A DNA stretch of 25,261 nt from Octopus sinensis (taxonomy: Eukaryota): contig NW_021836229.1 of assembly GCF_006345805.1 (NCBI RefSeq), positions 1-25,261 on the forward strand, in the 5' to 3' direction. The translations under genes were made by a program, and so were the position numbers. Shown here one piece after another: positions 10,809-21,216 of the stretch; within the stretch, counting starts at the first letter, position 1, and the number at the start of each line of letters is the position of its first letter. The notes under the pieces are model-generated. The model ran no database searches and was not told where the DNA came from. It saw nothing but the letters and a program-made list of their open reading frames with translations.

Positions 10809-11115
10809 TAGGAGTGGCTGTGTTGAAGTAGCTTGCTTACAAACCAAAGCCTTGTGAGTGGATTTGGTAGACGGAAACTGAAAGAAGCCTGTCATATATG
10901 TATGTATATGTATATGTGTCTGTGTTTGTCTCCCAACATTGCTTGAGAACTGATGCTGGTGTGTTTACGTCCCCGTAACTTAGCGGTTCGGCAAAAGAAA
11001 CCGATAGAATAAGTACTAGGCTTACAAAGAATAAGTCCCGGGGTTGATTTGCTTAACTAAAGGCGGTGCTCCAGCATGGCCACAGTCAAATGACTGAAAC
11101 AAGTAAAAGAGTAAA
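10809..11115 (+). mobile_element. Same SINE family with a ~72-bp internal deletion
   Basis: Aligns to 9836-10196 but lacks the segment between two ACCA tetramers (B box and CORE start). Confidence 0.88.
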
Positions 11116-12471
11116 TGAGGGGTTTCGCTCTTTGAAGTTTGTTTATTTTTTGGTCATTTTTCACATTATATGCTTCAAGGAAACTATATTTCCATTGGAT
11201 TGTCATTAGCTAATTCTATTTGCCATTTGCATCTTCTGGCGCAATTTTTTTTAATATTTATACACCTTTCACAAATAATTGTGTTAAAAACTTTGAAGCT
11301 TAATATTTGGTTATTTTTTGGTATTAAATGCTTGAAAATGTTTTGTTGTTGTAAGATTGTAGTCATGCACAAAATGACAGCTTCAACATCCTGTTTTCTG
11401 ACTGGGTAAAAATCATAAAACTTTAAACCTCTGTAACTTATTAGAAAAAAAAAAATTCTGGAGCAAATAGCCTGAAATTAGCATGAAAAATTATGCCAAT
11501 ATACCAAATTTTAAAATTTTCACTTAATTTTAAAATTTCAAAAAGTGAAGACAAACGGAAAAGACACCCTTCCCCCACCAGTGTGAAATTAATTAGTTGA
11601 TACCAAATGAGCAATTCACTTTGTACTAAAAACTGAAATAGAAGCAAACAATATGGCAAGACTGAAGGAGAAAGTTTGGAACTTAAATTTCCAAAATCTT
11701 CCCATCTACCTGAATATGTTTGTCATTTGTGGATATGCTACTTACTATTATTTCACCATGATGAATGTATACAAGTTTATGTTGGTAGTATGTAGTCTGA
11801 TATATGTTAATTTATTTTAGCATAAGCGGAAATGATAAACTTGATCTGGTGATTCATTTGAGTAGCTCTTGGTTTGATTGTACATGTCAAAGGGTTGGAA
11901 AAGAATTGAATTGTTTTCCTTTTCTCTTTGTGTTTGGTGGAATGGAATTGTTGTTCAAGTGTGTGATGCTTGTTTAACGCATGAAAATTACATCTCTCTA
12001 TGTATGCATCCACCCATTCTTCCAGTGTTATACCATTGTCTTGCAATTCAAAGGCAGGCATTTATCATTCTCATTCTATCTGAAGATTAAATTAAGAGAG
12101 AGTACAGTACTTAGCCACTGTCATTAAGAGTACAGTACTCAGCCACTGGCACTGTGACACAGTGATTACATTATCTGTTTAAGATCCATTTATTTATTTC
12201 TTCTTTGCCATTTAGCTTCTCTGTAGCCATTAACATGTCTTCTGAGTGCTCATGTTCCATGCAGTCTTTTTAGCTTGTTCAGTCTCTGGGGTAGAAAGTC
12301 TTTCTTACCTGAGATAGACATGTTGGTTTTGTTTTCTGTTGGTGTTTTTCATTGAATGAAGTAATTTTAATTAGTAAGACTGGCTGTAGGGTTAGCAGCC
12401 AGCTCCTAAACCTGCAGGATCAGGTGTGTGTTTATTAGTGTTTAATTGTCTCCTCCTCCTCCTCCTCCTCC

Positions 12472-12790
12472 TCATCATCATCAACAACAACAACAATAAT
12501 TAACATCTGTTTTCCATATTGGTATGGGTTGGACAGTTTGACTGGGGCTGGCTAGGCAGAAGACTGCACCAAACTTCACTATCTATTTTGGCAGGGTTTT
12601 TATGGATGGATGCCCTTCCTACCACCAACCCACCTTACAGAGTGGACTGAGTACTTTACATGGCACCAGCACTGGAGAGGCCTATCATGGCAGGGTTTTT
12701 ACAGCTGGATGCCCTTCCAAACACCAACCACTTTACAGTGTGGACTGGATGCACCAGCACTGGCAGGGTCACCAAGTAACTTGCAAGATA
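12472..12790 (-). mobile_element. 5'-truncated RTE 3'-UTR/tail derivative, with a duplicated GGATGCCCTTCC domain
   Basis: (CAT)n/(CAA)n tail, degenerate CCATG.TAGCATGG hairpin and two copies of the reverse complement of the AGGAAGGGCATCCAG domain. Confidence 0.75.
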
Positions 12791-13149
12791 ATTTGATGGA
12801 GGTGGGAGGGAGAGAAATCAAACATGAGAACAGAAACAGGTGTTTTGCTGTTGAGGAGATACGTGGTTACCTAGTCAGAAGGAGAGAACAAGAGAGTGGA
12901 AGAGAGTGAGAGAATGAAAGTGCAAGAGAGAGATGGTGGTGAAGTTCCAGGACATACCCTGTAGGTATAGGGATCAGAATATAAATGGAATAGTAAAGTG
13001 AGAGAGAGAGAGAGAGAAAAGGTAGCGAAGTGCCAGGGCATACCATGTCCACAGATAAACAATGTAAGGTATTTTTTTGTTCGTTGAAGGTAATATTTGT
13101 ATGCGTAAATGCATGCATACTCACATCCATATCTGTGTGTGCATGCAAG

Positions 13150-13357
13150 AGTAGTGGGTTGGCAGAATCATTAGAACACACAGAAAAAATGTCTTGCAGT
13201 AATTATTCCATCTATTTGTTATGAGTCCTAATCCAGCTGGGATCAACTTTCATTTTTTGGGGGTTGATAAAATAACAGTCAACTACTAGGTTCAATATAA
13301 TCAACTAGCCTCCCTGCCCCAACAAATTTCAGGCCTTGTGCCAATTTTAGAAACAAT
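13150..13357 (+). mobile_element. Degenerate tRNA-derived SINE of a second family
   Basis: GGTTGGCAGAATCATTAG head, TGAGTCCTAATCC B-box-like, GGGGTTGATAAAATAA core-like and AAATTTCAGGCCTTGTGCC tail. Family assignment is from recall. Confidence 0.65.
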
Positions 13358-13364
13358 ATATATA

Positions 13365-13726
13365 TCATCATCATCATTTAGCATCTGTTGTCCATGGGCT
13401 GGTAAGCTGAGGGGCTGCATTAGGCTCTAGTCTGATTTGGCATGGTTTCTATGGCTGGATGCCCTTCCTAATGCCAACCACTCAAAAAGTGTAATGGGTG
13501 CTTTTATGTGCCTCCGCCATGGGTGTCAGTTTGCATGACACCAATGTCTGCCATGACTATGATTTCACTTGGCTTGATGGGCCTTCTCAAGCACATCATT
13601 TGTCATTGCTTTTAATGTGCCATTGGCACAGGTGCTAGTTATGTGACACCAGCATTGGCCACAATGCCTCTGTGAGGCCCAATGCTTGAAAGGTGCTTTT
13701 TACATGCTACCGGCATGGGTGCCAGT

Positions 13727-13730
<4 letters not shown>
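13365..13730 (-). mobile_element. RTE 3'-UTR fragment
   Basis: (TCA)n tail, GGCTGGATGCCCTTCCTAATGCCAACCACT and GGTGCTTTTATGTGCC motifs, which are the reverse complement of the RTE 3' UTR at 9330-9528. Confidence 0.8.
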
Positions 13731-13764
<34 letters not shown>

Positions 13765-13770
13765 CATATA

Positions 13771-14578
13771 TAGGTTGTTTGGGCTAAATTTGACAATTTG
13801 CATAAAAGGAAAAGAAAACAATATCCCACCCAGAAATAAAAGTATTTAAAAAAATAGAAAAGTATCAACTAGCTAGCCATCATCAGCTTCCACCACAGCT
13901 TTAAGATGGCTCCAGATCCTGGCACATGTGTTCTTCACCTCCTTGATCTTGCCGTTGATGTTGCTGGCAAAATGTCTTTCTCAGCTGCACCCCACACATA
14001 GTAATCCATGGGCTTATAATTGAGGGAATTAAGAGGCCAGAAATTGGGGCTGGTGAAGTCACAGAAATTCTCTGATAACTTCTGATTCTTTGTGGAGGTA
14101 TGGCAAGAAGCCAAATCCTGCTGCCACACATATGGCCTTCCTGCCATAACCCTCTCCAGTAACGGATTGATCACAATCTCCAGCAGCTTCACATATCCAT
14201 TTGAATTGAGCCTAAGGCTCTCTTCAAAGATGTAGGGATTAATTCCAGCATGCAGATTCAGTTAGAAATCCTGCTGTGTCCCTTCTTGATAGTTATGACT
14301 CTGTAGTCTCTGTTGTAGCTATCCATATCTTGTCTTACAGCTATTACAATGTTCACAGAGCATTGAGCAGCAGTCATGGCATCAGCATTTTGATGCCTGG
14401 CAAGAATAATCATGATACAGGTAACTCTTTTCCAATATTCAAATGACTTCCAGTCTTTCATGTCAGCTAACTTTTTTTTATCTACAACTTCAATCCAATG
14501 TCATTGACTGTTCACTAATACATGAAGCTGTTACTGAAAAAAGGAGACAAAAAAATCAAATTTAGCCTGAACACCCTG
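13771..14578 (-). mobile_element. Internally deleted IS630/Tc1/mariner element of DD37D (maT-like) type, 808 bp
   Basis: TIRs TAGGTTGTTTGGGCTAAATTTGA (13771-13793) and reverse-complement CAGGGTGTTCAGGCTAAATTTGA (14556-14578) match at 19/23, with TA upstream. Transposase remnants are GRPYVWQQD...WPLNSLNYKPMDYYVWGA (D-to-D spacing 36, probably one codon lost) and an N-terminal piece ARHQNADAMTAAQCSVN. Confidence 0.85.
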
Positions 14579-14684
14579 TGTGTGTGTATGTGCACGTGTG
14601 TGTGCGCGTGCCTGTGTCTGTGTTAGAAATGATATGTGTGTATACATATGTCAATTCATATTTTCATATTCTCTTTCTCTGCAG

Positions 14685-14716
14685 GGATTCAGATAATGCC
14701 ACAGACACTAATGCTG
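14685..14716 (+). CDS. Candidate 32-bp internal exon of a host gene (DSDNATDTNA)
   Basis: Pyrimidine tract TTTTCATATTCTCTTTCTCTGCAG| and donor |GTAAGT. It lies in non-repeat sequence and is phase 2-to-1 compatible with the exon at 21711. Confidence 0.6.
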
Positions 14717-15160
14717 GTAAGTAAAATGTAATAAACCTTAAAATTTATAGTTGAATGTTTATTCACAATAATTGCTTGTCTGATTTCTCCAATCACTTCT
14801 ATAATGAAGTATCATATTTGTTTTTTAGTTTATTCTTTTCCTTTTAATTACTTCAATCTTAATATTGCATACACTCTTGTGGTTCTGTGTCCCTTACAGA
14901 ACTGGACTAAATATTTTGTAATATTTAGTTATGTTACTTCATGTTCTAAGTTCAAATCCCATCAACGAACATATGATCAAATACTTTCTTACCTTGAGTG
15001 TTTTGTATTTTTTCTGTTATTTTATTCAAAGTGTCTTTCAATTTTCAAGTCAGTAGGGTGTGAATTGAAGGAGATTTGGCTGCTATTTCAATAAAAGAGG
15101 CTTCTCATCAAGATGTGTCTGTATAATCAATGAAATCAACAATCTAGAAATATCAATATA

Positions 15161-15647
15161 CCCAGTCCACACTGTAAAGTGGTTGGTGTTTGGAAGGGCA
15201 TCCATCTGTAAAAATCTTGCCAAAACTGACCTTGCCTGCGCTTGTGCCACATAAAAAGCACTACTGACCTCACCTGTGCTTGTGTCACATAAAAAGCATT
15301 ACTGACCTCGCCTGTGCTTGTGCCACATAAAAAGCACAACTGACCTTGCCTGTGCTTGTGCCACATAAAAAGTACTACTGACCTCGCCTGTGCTTGTGCC
15401 ACATAAAAAGCATTACTGACCTCACCTGTGCTTGTACCACATAAAAAGCATTGACCTCGCCTGTGCTTGTGCCACATAAAAAGCACTAAGTCCAGTCTGC
15501 TGAGTAGTTGGTGTTAGGAAGGGCATCCAGCTGTAAAAATCCTGCCAAAACAGTCACAGAAGTCTGGTGCAGGTTTCTGCCTGGCTGGTTCTTGCGAAAC
15601 CATCCCACCCATGCTAGCATGGAAGGTAGACATTAAACGATGACGAT
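15161..15647 (+). mobile_element. RTE 3'-UTR derivative containing a minisatellite between two AAGGGCATCCA domains
   Basis: GGAAGGGCATCCA at ~15192 and ~15517; CCATGCTAGCATGG at 15609-15622; short GAT-type tail. Confidence 0.85.
15225..15487 (+). repeat. 38-bp minisatellite, 7 units (last unit 35 bp)
   Basis: ACTGACCTCGCCTGTGCTTGTGCCACATAAAAAGCACT starts at 15225, 15263, 15301, 15339, 15377, 15415 and ~15451. Confidence 0.95.
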
Positions 15648-16398
15648 ATACTGAGGATTAGCATAAAATGTGCTTCAGTCATGATCATGGTGATGAATGA
15701 TTACAGCTTCTAGTTTCATAACTCACAATTGAAATCCTATGGATAGGAATGTATAAATACTGGTTATGCATGGAGGTGCTTCAGTCAGTTTTTTTTTTAT
15801 TATCTCTAAATCAATTCTCATCAAAATATATTCCAGTTAGAATCACCCTGTCTATCTAGAACTGCATTATTTAATATACCCATTTCCTCTGTTGAGTAGT
15901 GAGGTGTAATTTGAGGCAAGTTTGACTGATGTTTCTAGCTGGTCAAGAGACTTTGTAGAACAGGGTTAAGGAAACTCACCTGCCTTTAGAAACCATAAGA
16001 AGAAATCAGTTGCAGTGGTTAAAAATCACATGCTAAATGCCATCTCCCATGGTGGGTTGGTAGGTGGGTAGCATATAAACTAGATGCAGTATAAACACTA
16101 TAAACTAAGTGGCAACGGTGAATGTTCTGCAGATTTTATTTACTCTAAATGCCTGTGTATGTTCCATGCTAGTAAGGGTTACACAATTATATTGAGGCAT
16201 TATTCACAGCTAGATACCCTTTCAACTCTATGCCTTGTTTTTGAAGTAAGAAATCTGTTATTCCATTTGACTTCAAAAGCATGAAGTGAGTGGTCGATGT
16301 ATTGACAAAAGAAATGCTAACAAGACCACTACGTGAAAAGTGACTTTCAAATAACTGATAGTTTGTAAACAAACACATATGCACGCACACACATACAC

Positions 16399-16576
16399 AT
16401 GACAGGCTTTTTTTTTCAATTTTTTTCAACCAGACCCTCTCACAAGTCTTTAAGTCTTTTGTTGGTCCTATGCAATTGTAGAAGATTCTTGTCCAAGGTA
16501 CTGTGTAATGGGATTAAACCAAAGACCAAATGGTTGTGAAGCATATTTCTTAACATAACACAGTCATACCTGCGCC
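16399..16576 (-). mobile_element. Degenerate SINE 5' half (same family as 9836)
   Basis: Reverse complement of the head/CORE part (GTAGAAGA..CTTGTCCAAGGTAC...AACACAGTCATACCTGCGCC). Confidence 0.7.
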
Positions 16577-16595
16577 TACATATATGATAGATAAA

Positions 16596-17825
16596 GCAAT
16601 TAAGGATATGAAGAACTGGAAAATTTTTGGTTCATCAGGAATTACTGCTGGGATGCTTAAAATATCCGGTAGAGTGGGATATAACCTAATCACATGTATA
16701 GTTAATCAGATTGTACATGATTGTATCATAACCCTGTGACGGGTGTAGCAGTGTTATAGTCAAATGCTACTAAAAGAAAGGAGTCTCCTTAGACAGAAGT
16801 AATTACAGAGGTATCAAATTGCTGGTCTTGGTCATGAAAGTTACAGAAAGGGTTAAAGTTCAAACTAATTTGGAAGTGATTTATCTTAGATGAGATGCAA
16901 TTCAGTTTTGTACCAAGGTAACCAAAGACAAATCCCTGTACTTGGCATTTGTCAGTATGAAGAAAACATGTTTTTATAGCTAAATCTATAATAGAATTAG
17001 AAAAGAATTTCCAGGTGTGGAAGCAACACCTGGAATCAAAGGGCATTTGAAGTCCTAGTAGGCAAGAAAACAGACAAATTACTTCTCCCGTGGATATGTA
17101 GAAAAGGTGTATTCCATACAGTGTACCCAGTGCCAGTCATGGAGACATAAGAGATGCAGTAGTATCATAAGAAGGTTAACAAAAATTAGTCTTTGTGTGG
17201 CAGATGTGCAAGAACAGCTAACACTTAGAACACACAGGAAATAGATTTCCTCCAATGTCCAGGAGGATCCTTAAAGGTAGTAGACAGTTTGTGTTACTTA
17301 GGTGACCTAATTAGTAGTGGAGAAGGAGGATGCTCTGAAAGCATAGTCATTAGAATGAGAACTGGCTGGGGTAAGTTTAGAGAGCCATTACTTTTATTAG
17401 TAACAAAGAGACTCTCAGAGTGGAAGGTGAATGGCATGATACTTGTGTATGAACAGCAATGCTACATGGTAGTGAAACGTAGGCTGTGATTGCAGAGGGT
17501 ATGGTGAAGGCTTGACAGAAATGAAGCTAGCATGTGCCCCTGGATGTTCAGTGTCAGTGTGCATGTACTACAAAATGTAAATGTGTTGAGCAAAAAATTG
17601 GGTGTAAAGGGCATCAGATGCATGCAAGAGGTAGTCTGCACTGGTATGATCATGCCATGCCATGGATGAGGACAGCTGTATAAAGAAGTGCTGATTGCTA
17701 AATGTATGTAGAACCTGTGGAACAGGAAGACTCAGGAAGAAGTGGGATGAAGTGGTGAAGAATGACCACCAGATGTTGAGCTTCATGGAGGAGATGACAA
17801 AGGCTTAGTGATTTGTGCTAAAGAA
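16596..17825 (+). pseudogene. Old, fragmented copy of the same RTE family (RT, PHD-like finger, C-terminus)
   Basis: Collinear with 7420-9010: GITAGMLKISG, NYRGIKLL, WKQHLESKG, CTQCQSWRHKRCSS, YLGDLISSG, QEVVCTG. It has many indels. Confidence 0.85.
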
Positions 17826-18006
17826 CACAACACTGAGTAGAAAATGTATCATCAGGAAACAGCACTGAATAGTGTAATTTTAGACTGTTAAAAACCCCAG
17901 AGTATTCATGATTGGAATGTCTGCTCTGCTATCAACAGGTCTCAGTTGGGTTCTTTTAACGATGATAATGATGATGAAAGAAAATTGAACATAAATTAAA
18001 ATTTTC

Positions 18007-18360
18007 ATCATCATCATCATATGTTCATTTTCCAAACTGGCATGGGTTGGACAGTTTGACTTGAGATGGTAGGGCCAGGGGCTGCACTGGGCTCCATTGT
18101 CTGTTCTGGAATGGTTTTTTTCAGCTGGATACCCTTCATAATGCCAGCAACTCCATAAAGGGTATTGGGTGCTTTTTACGTGACCCCAGCACCAGTATCA
18201 ATTCTGCTGTGGCAGATGGGTCTTCTTGAGTACAGTAGTGTGCTTGATATTTTGGTCCTTTGTCATCTCCTTTGCAAGGCTCTGTTTCTTGAGATCAGCC
18301 TTCAACACTTCGTTCCATGTCTTCCAGGGTCTCCCTCTTCTACAAGTTCCATGTAAACTG
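18007..18360 (-). mobile_element. 5'-truncated RTE copy (ORF end + 3' UTR + tail)
   Basis: (CAT)n tail; the minus strand encodes GTCRRGRPWKTWNEVLKADLKKQSLAKEMTKD. Confidence 0.8.
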
Positions 18361-18603
18361 TAAATGTTTCATATATAATTTTTTCCATATACTTTTTCCA
18401 TGCTTGTTGGGGGTTGGACAAGACTATGCAGTTTTCTGTGGTTATGTGCTCTGCCTGACATTATCCATTATTTGTTTACTCTGCTTTGTTCAACTCCTGT
18501 CAGCTGTGAAAACAAATGTCCTTGATACTCAAGCAATTTTAATGCAATGATGTGGTGACAGACAGACACACTTAATGTACATTCACACACACACACACAC
18601 ACA

Positions 18604-18637
<34 letters not shown>

Positions 18638-18638
18638 G

Positions 18639-18825
18639 TTCTTTTATTTGTCATTTGACTATGGCCATGGTGGAGCACTCCCTTGAAGTGTTTTTGTTGA
18701 GCAACTCAAGCCCAGGACTTATTTTTTAAGCCTAGTACTTATTCTATTGCTCTCTTTTGCCAAACCACTAAGTTACGGGAATGTAAACTCACCACCACCG
18801 GAGAGACAAATAAAGACACACACAC
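18639..18825 (-). mobile_element. SINE 3' half (same family as 9836)
   Basis: Reverse complement of the tail: TCATTTGACTATGGCCATGGTGGAGCAC...CTAGTACTTATTCTATTG...TTTTGCC. Confidence 0.75.
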
Positions 18826-18961
18826 AGATACTTAGAAACATACATACATACATACATATAAAAGAAGAGTGTTTATAATTATAAATAAATCACAATTACA
18901 TATATCTATCTATATATATATATACATATCCTTTGTAATGTACTATTATATCATTTCTTAG

Positions 18962-18997
<36 letters not shown>

Positions 18998-19097
18998 TGA
19001 TAGAAATAGCAAGACAACAAAAAAATGAAGGAGACCTCAATATTATGTAAATACAGAAATTTATCTGTAAATATAATATGTGACAATTATTCGATAG

Positions 19098-19164
19098 CCA
19101 TGATAAAACTCTGAGTTTCGGGTATCAGGGCAGAAACCCACACCGGGATCTCTTCAGTTATTGG
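19098..19164 (-). ncRNA. Type I hammerhead ribozyme motif (Penelope-like minimal type) B
   Basis: Minus strand: CCA-ATAA (stem I), CTGAAGA core, stem II with G-C closing pair and GGTGT/ATACC + GGG/CCC, GAAA, palindromic stem III ACTC-A-GAGT, a GUU site, then TTAT-CA-TGG pairing back to stem I. Folded by eye. Confidence 0.7.
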
Positions 19165-19169
19165 GCCAT

Positions 19170-19204
<35 letters not shown>

Positions 19205-19348
19205 ATTATAATTAAGGCCACTGAAGGAACAGTGCCTATATACTAGAAGTAGATGTCATATGACTCTAAAACACTTCAATTTGCACTCCATTAGCACAGG
19301 TTGAAAGCAAGAAAAATAGATAAAAATTTGGTAAAAACAATATGGTTA

Positions 19349-19406
19349 ACCCTAAATCAATCAATTTCTGGTTTAGTAATAAATACTTTACCTTCATCAG
19401 TAGGGT
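19349..19406 (-). ncRNA. Type I hammerhead-like motif A in the left foldback arm
   Basis: Minus strand: ACCCTA CTGATGA A GGT-AA-AGTA-TTTAT-TACT-AA-ACC A GAAA TTGATTGA TT TAGGGT. Stem I is a perfect 6 bp and the core is canonical. Stem III is weak, the site is AUU and 10.1-11.1 is an A.A mismatch. Confidence 0.55.
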
Positions 19407-19432
19407 ATACTGAAAGTATGTACGTTTGGTAT

Positions 19433-19490
19433 ACCCTACTCATGAAGGTAAAGTATTTATGACTAAACCAGAATTTGATTGATTTAGGGT
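19433..19490 (+). ncRNA. Core-mutated counterpart of hammerhead A in the right foldback arm
   Basis: Same architecture (ACCCTA...TAGGGT), but the core reads CTCATGA (19439-19445) and GAAT (19471-19474), so it is predicted inactive. Confidence 0.45.
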
Positions 19491-19888
19491 TTAACCATAT
19501 TATTTTTACTTAATGTTTTTTTATCCATTTTTCTCGCTTTCAACCTGTGCTAATGGAGTGCAAATTGAAGTGGTTTACAGTCATTTGATGTCTACTTTTA
19601 GCTTATATGTGCTGTTCCTTTAGTGCCCTTAATTAGAATTACATCTATACAATTATATATTTATATGTATTGATTTTACCTATATGTTTTTTTTTATTTG
19701 CTGGCCACTGATAAAATCATTAATTTTTAATGATGTTATTCTTAATTATCTTTCTATCTATATATAATGGATAATAAAATAAATGGTTGACACCTAGTAG
19801 CTTAATAATAAATTCTCATATATTCCACCTTCCGTCTTTCATTTGCCATATATATATACACACACACACACACACATACACGTATATA

Positions 19889-20034
19889 TGACAGGCTTCT
19901 TTCAGTTTCTGTCTACCAAATCCACTCACAAGGCTTTAGTCAGCCTGAGGCTGTAGCAGAAGACACTTACTCAAGGTGCCATGCAGTGGAACTGAACCTG
20001 GAACCATGTAGTTGGGAAGCAAGCTTCTTACTGC
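19889..20034 (-). mobile_element. SINE 5' half (same family as 9836), CpG-depleted
   Basis: GACAGGCTTCTTTCAGTTTCTGTCTACCAAATCCACTCACAAGGCTTT...GGAACCATGTAGTTGGGAAGCAAGC is the reverse complement of the family head/core. Confidence 0.85.
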
Positions 20035-20887
20035 AGAGGTACATACATATGTACATACATTCATACATACATACATTACTGGGGGACTGGAATATGTAAC
20101 ACTCTGCCTAAGTACCAGTCTTGAGAAATTAGGCTTCTCAAAACCAGAAAGGAGAAAGCTGATTAAAAGATTACAGACCCAAGCCATCACTGGAACTGTA
20201 AAAATCTGTAAAACTTTCCTTAAATTTATCATATAAGTATATATGAGCATGTCTAGATATGCAACTATATGCATAAAAATACATACATAAGACAAAACAT
20301 AGAAATCTGCATGTATACATACATACATACATACATACAAAAATACCCTGTTGATGTTGATGTTCCAATAAAAGAGCCTTGGATCTAGGTTAGAAACTAG
20401 CTCTTTCTCTATTGGCAGGAAATCTTGAAATAAAACTGGATAATGATATACATATATGTTGTTTGGTTATATGTCCATTTTTCCATGTTGGGATGGATTA
20501 GACAAAATTTACTGAAGCAGATTATCTGTAGTTGGAGGATCTTATCACCAACACTCATCTATTTTCCAAGTAAGGTATTTTTTCATTTTCACTGGTTCAC
20601 ACCCATCAAAAACTGAGTAAACACAGATACTGTTTTTTGCTCAGATAATATTAATGCGGACATGTGGATGATACTCTTTCTCACATGCTCGCATGCAATG
20701 GGCCTCTATTCAGTTTCATTCTACCAGTTCCATATACTGTTATTTAGCACCAGACATACAATCAAAGATACTCCAGCTATGACTGACCTTTCTATTTGAA
20801 ATACATATGTATCTAAAACTACTGCACCCAATATGGTAGATATCATAGTGTTTCAACTGTAACTATCAGTATATGAATGTGTAGAAA

Positions 20888-21216
20888 TCTTTTATCTTTT
20901 ACTTGTTTCAGTCATTAGACTGTGGCCATGCTGGGGTACACCTTGAAGAATTTTAGTTAAATGAATTGACCCCAGTACTTCTTTTTTAAGCCTGATATTT
21001 ATTCCATTGTTCTTTTTTGCTGAACTGCTAAGTTTTTGGGGGATGTAAACACACAAACACACACATACAATGGGCTTCTTTCAGTTTCTCCCAACCAAAT
21101 CCACTCACAATACTTTGGCCAGCTTGAGGCTATAGTAGAAGACACATCCTCAAGTGCGATTGAACCCAGAACTATGTGATTGGGAAGCAAACTTTTTACC
21201 ACACAGCCACACCTAT
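20888..21216 (-). mobile_element. Full-length degenerate SINE (same family as 9836)
   Basis: Runs from the tail CTTTTACTTGTTTCAGTCATT to the head ACCACACAGCCACACCTA in reverse orientation. Confidence 0.85.

Larger units (their letters stand above)
19204..19640. repeat. 437-bp foldback: ~205-bp inverted arms with an 18-nt spacer
   Basis: Left arm 19204-19410 is the reverse complement of right arm 19429-19640 with scattered mismatches and small indels. The spacer is TGAAAGTATGTACGTTTG, and the element is flanked by TA-rich microsatellite. Confidence 0.95.

Noticed and set aside
11130-11590. Possible MITE or DNA-transposon end
   Set aside because: It is AT-rich with a terminus-like motif near 11575-11585, but no matching partner TIR or TSD was found.
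15225-15487. CRISPR-like array of 38-bp repeats
   Set aside because: The repeats are contiguous with no unique spacers, there are no cas genes, the context is eukaryotic, and the unit derives from the RTE 3' UTR.
20365-20415. Hairpin CCAATA-AAAGAGC...GAAA...GCTCTTT-CTC-TATTGG as a possible hammerhead
   Set aside because: The outer stem is real, but the 5' core is CTTGGA rather than CTGANGA and there is too little sequence for stem III.
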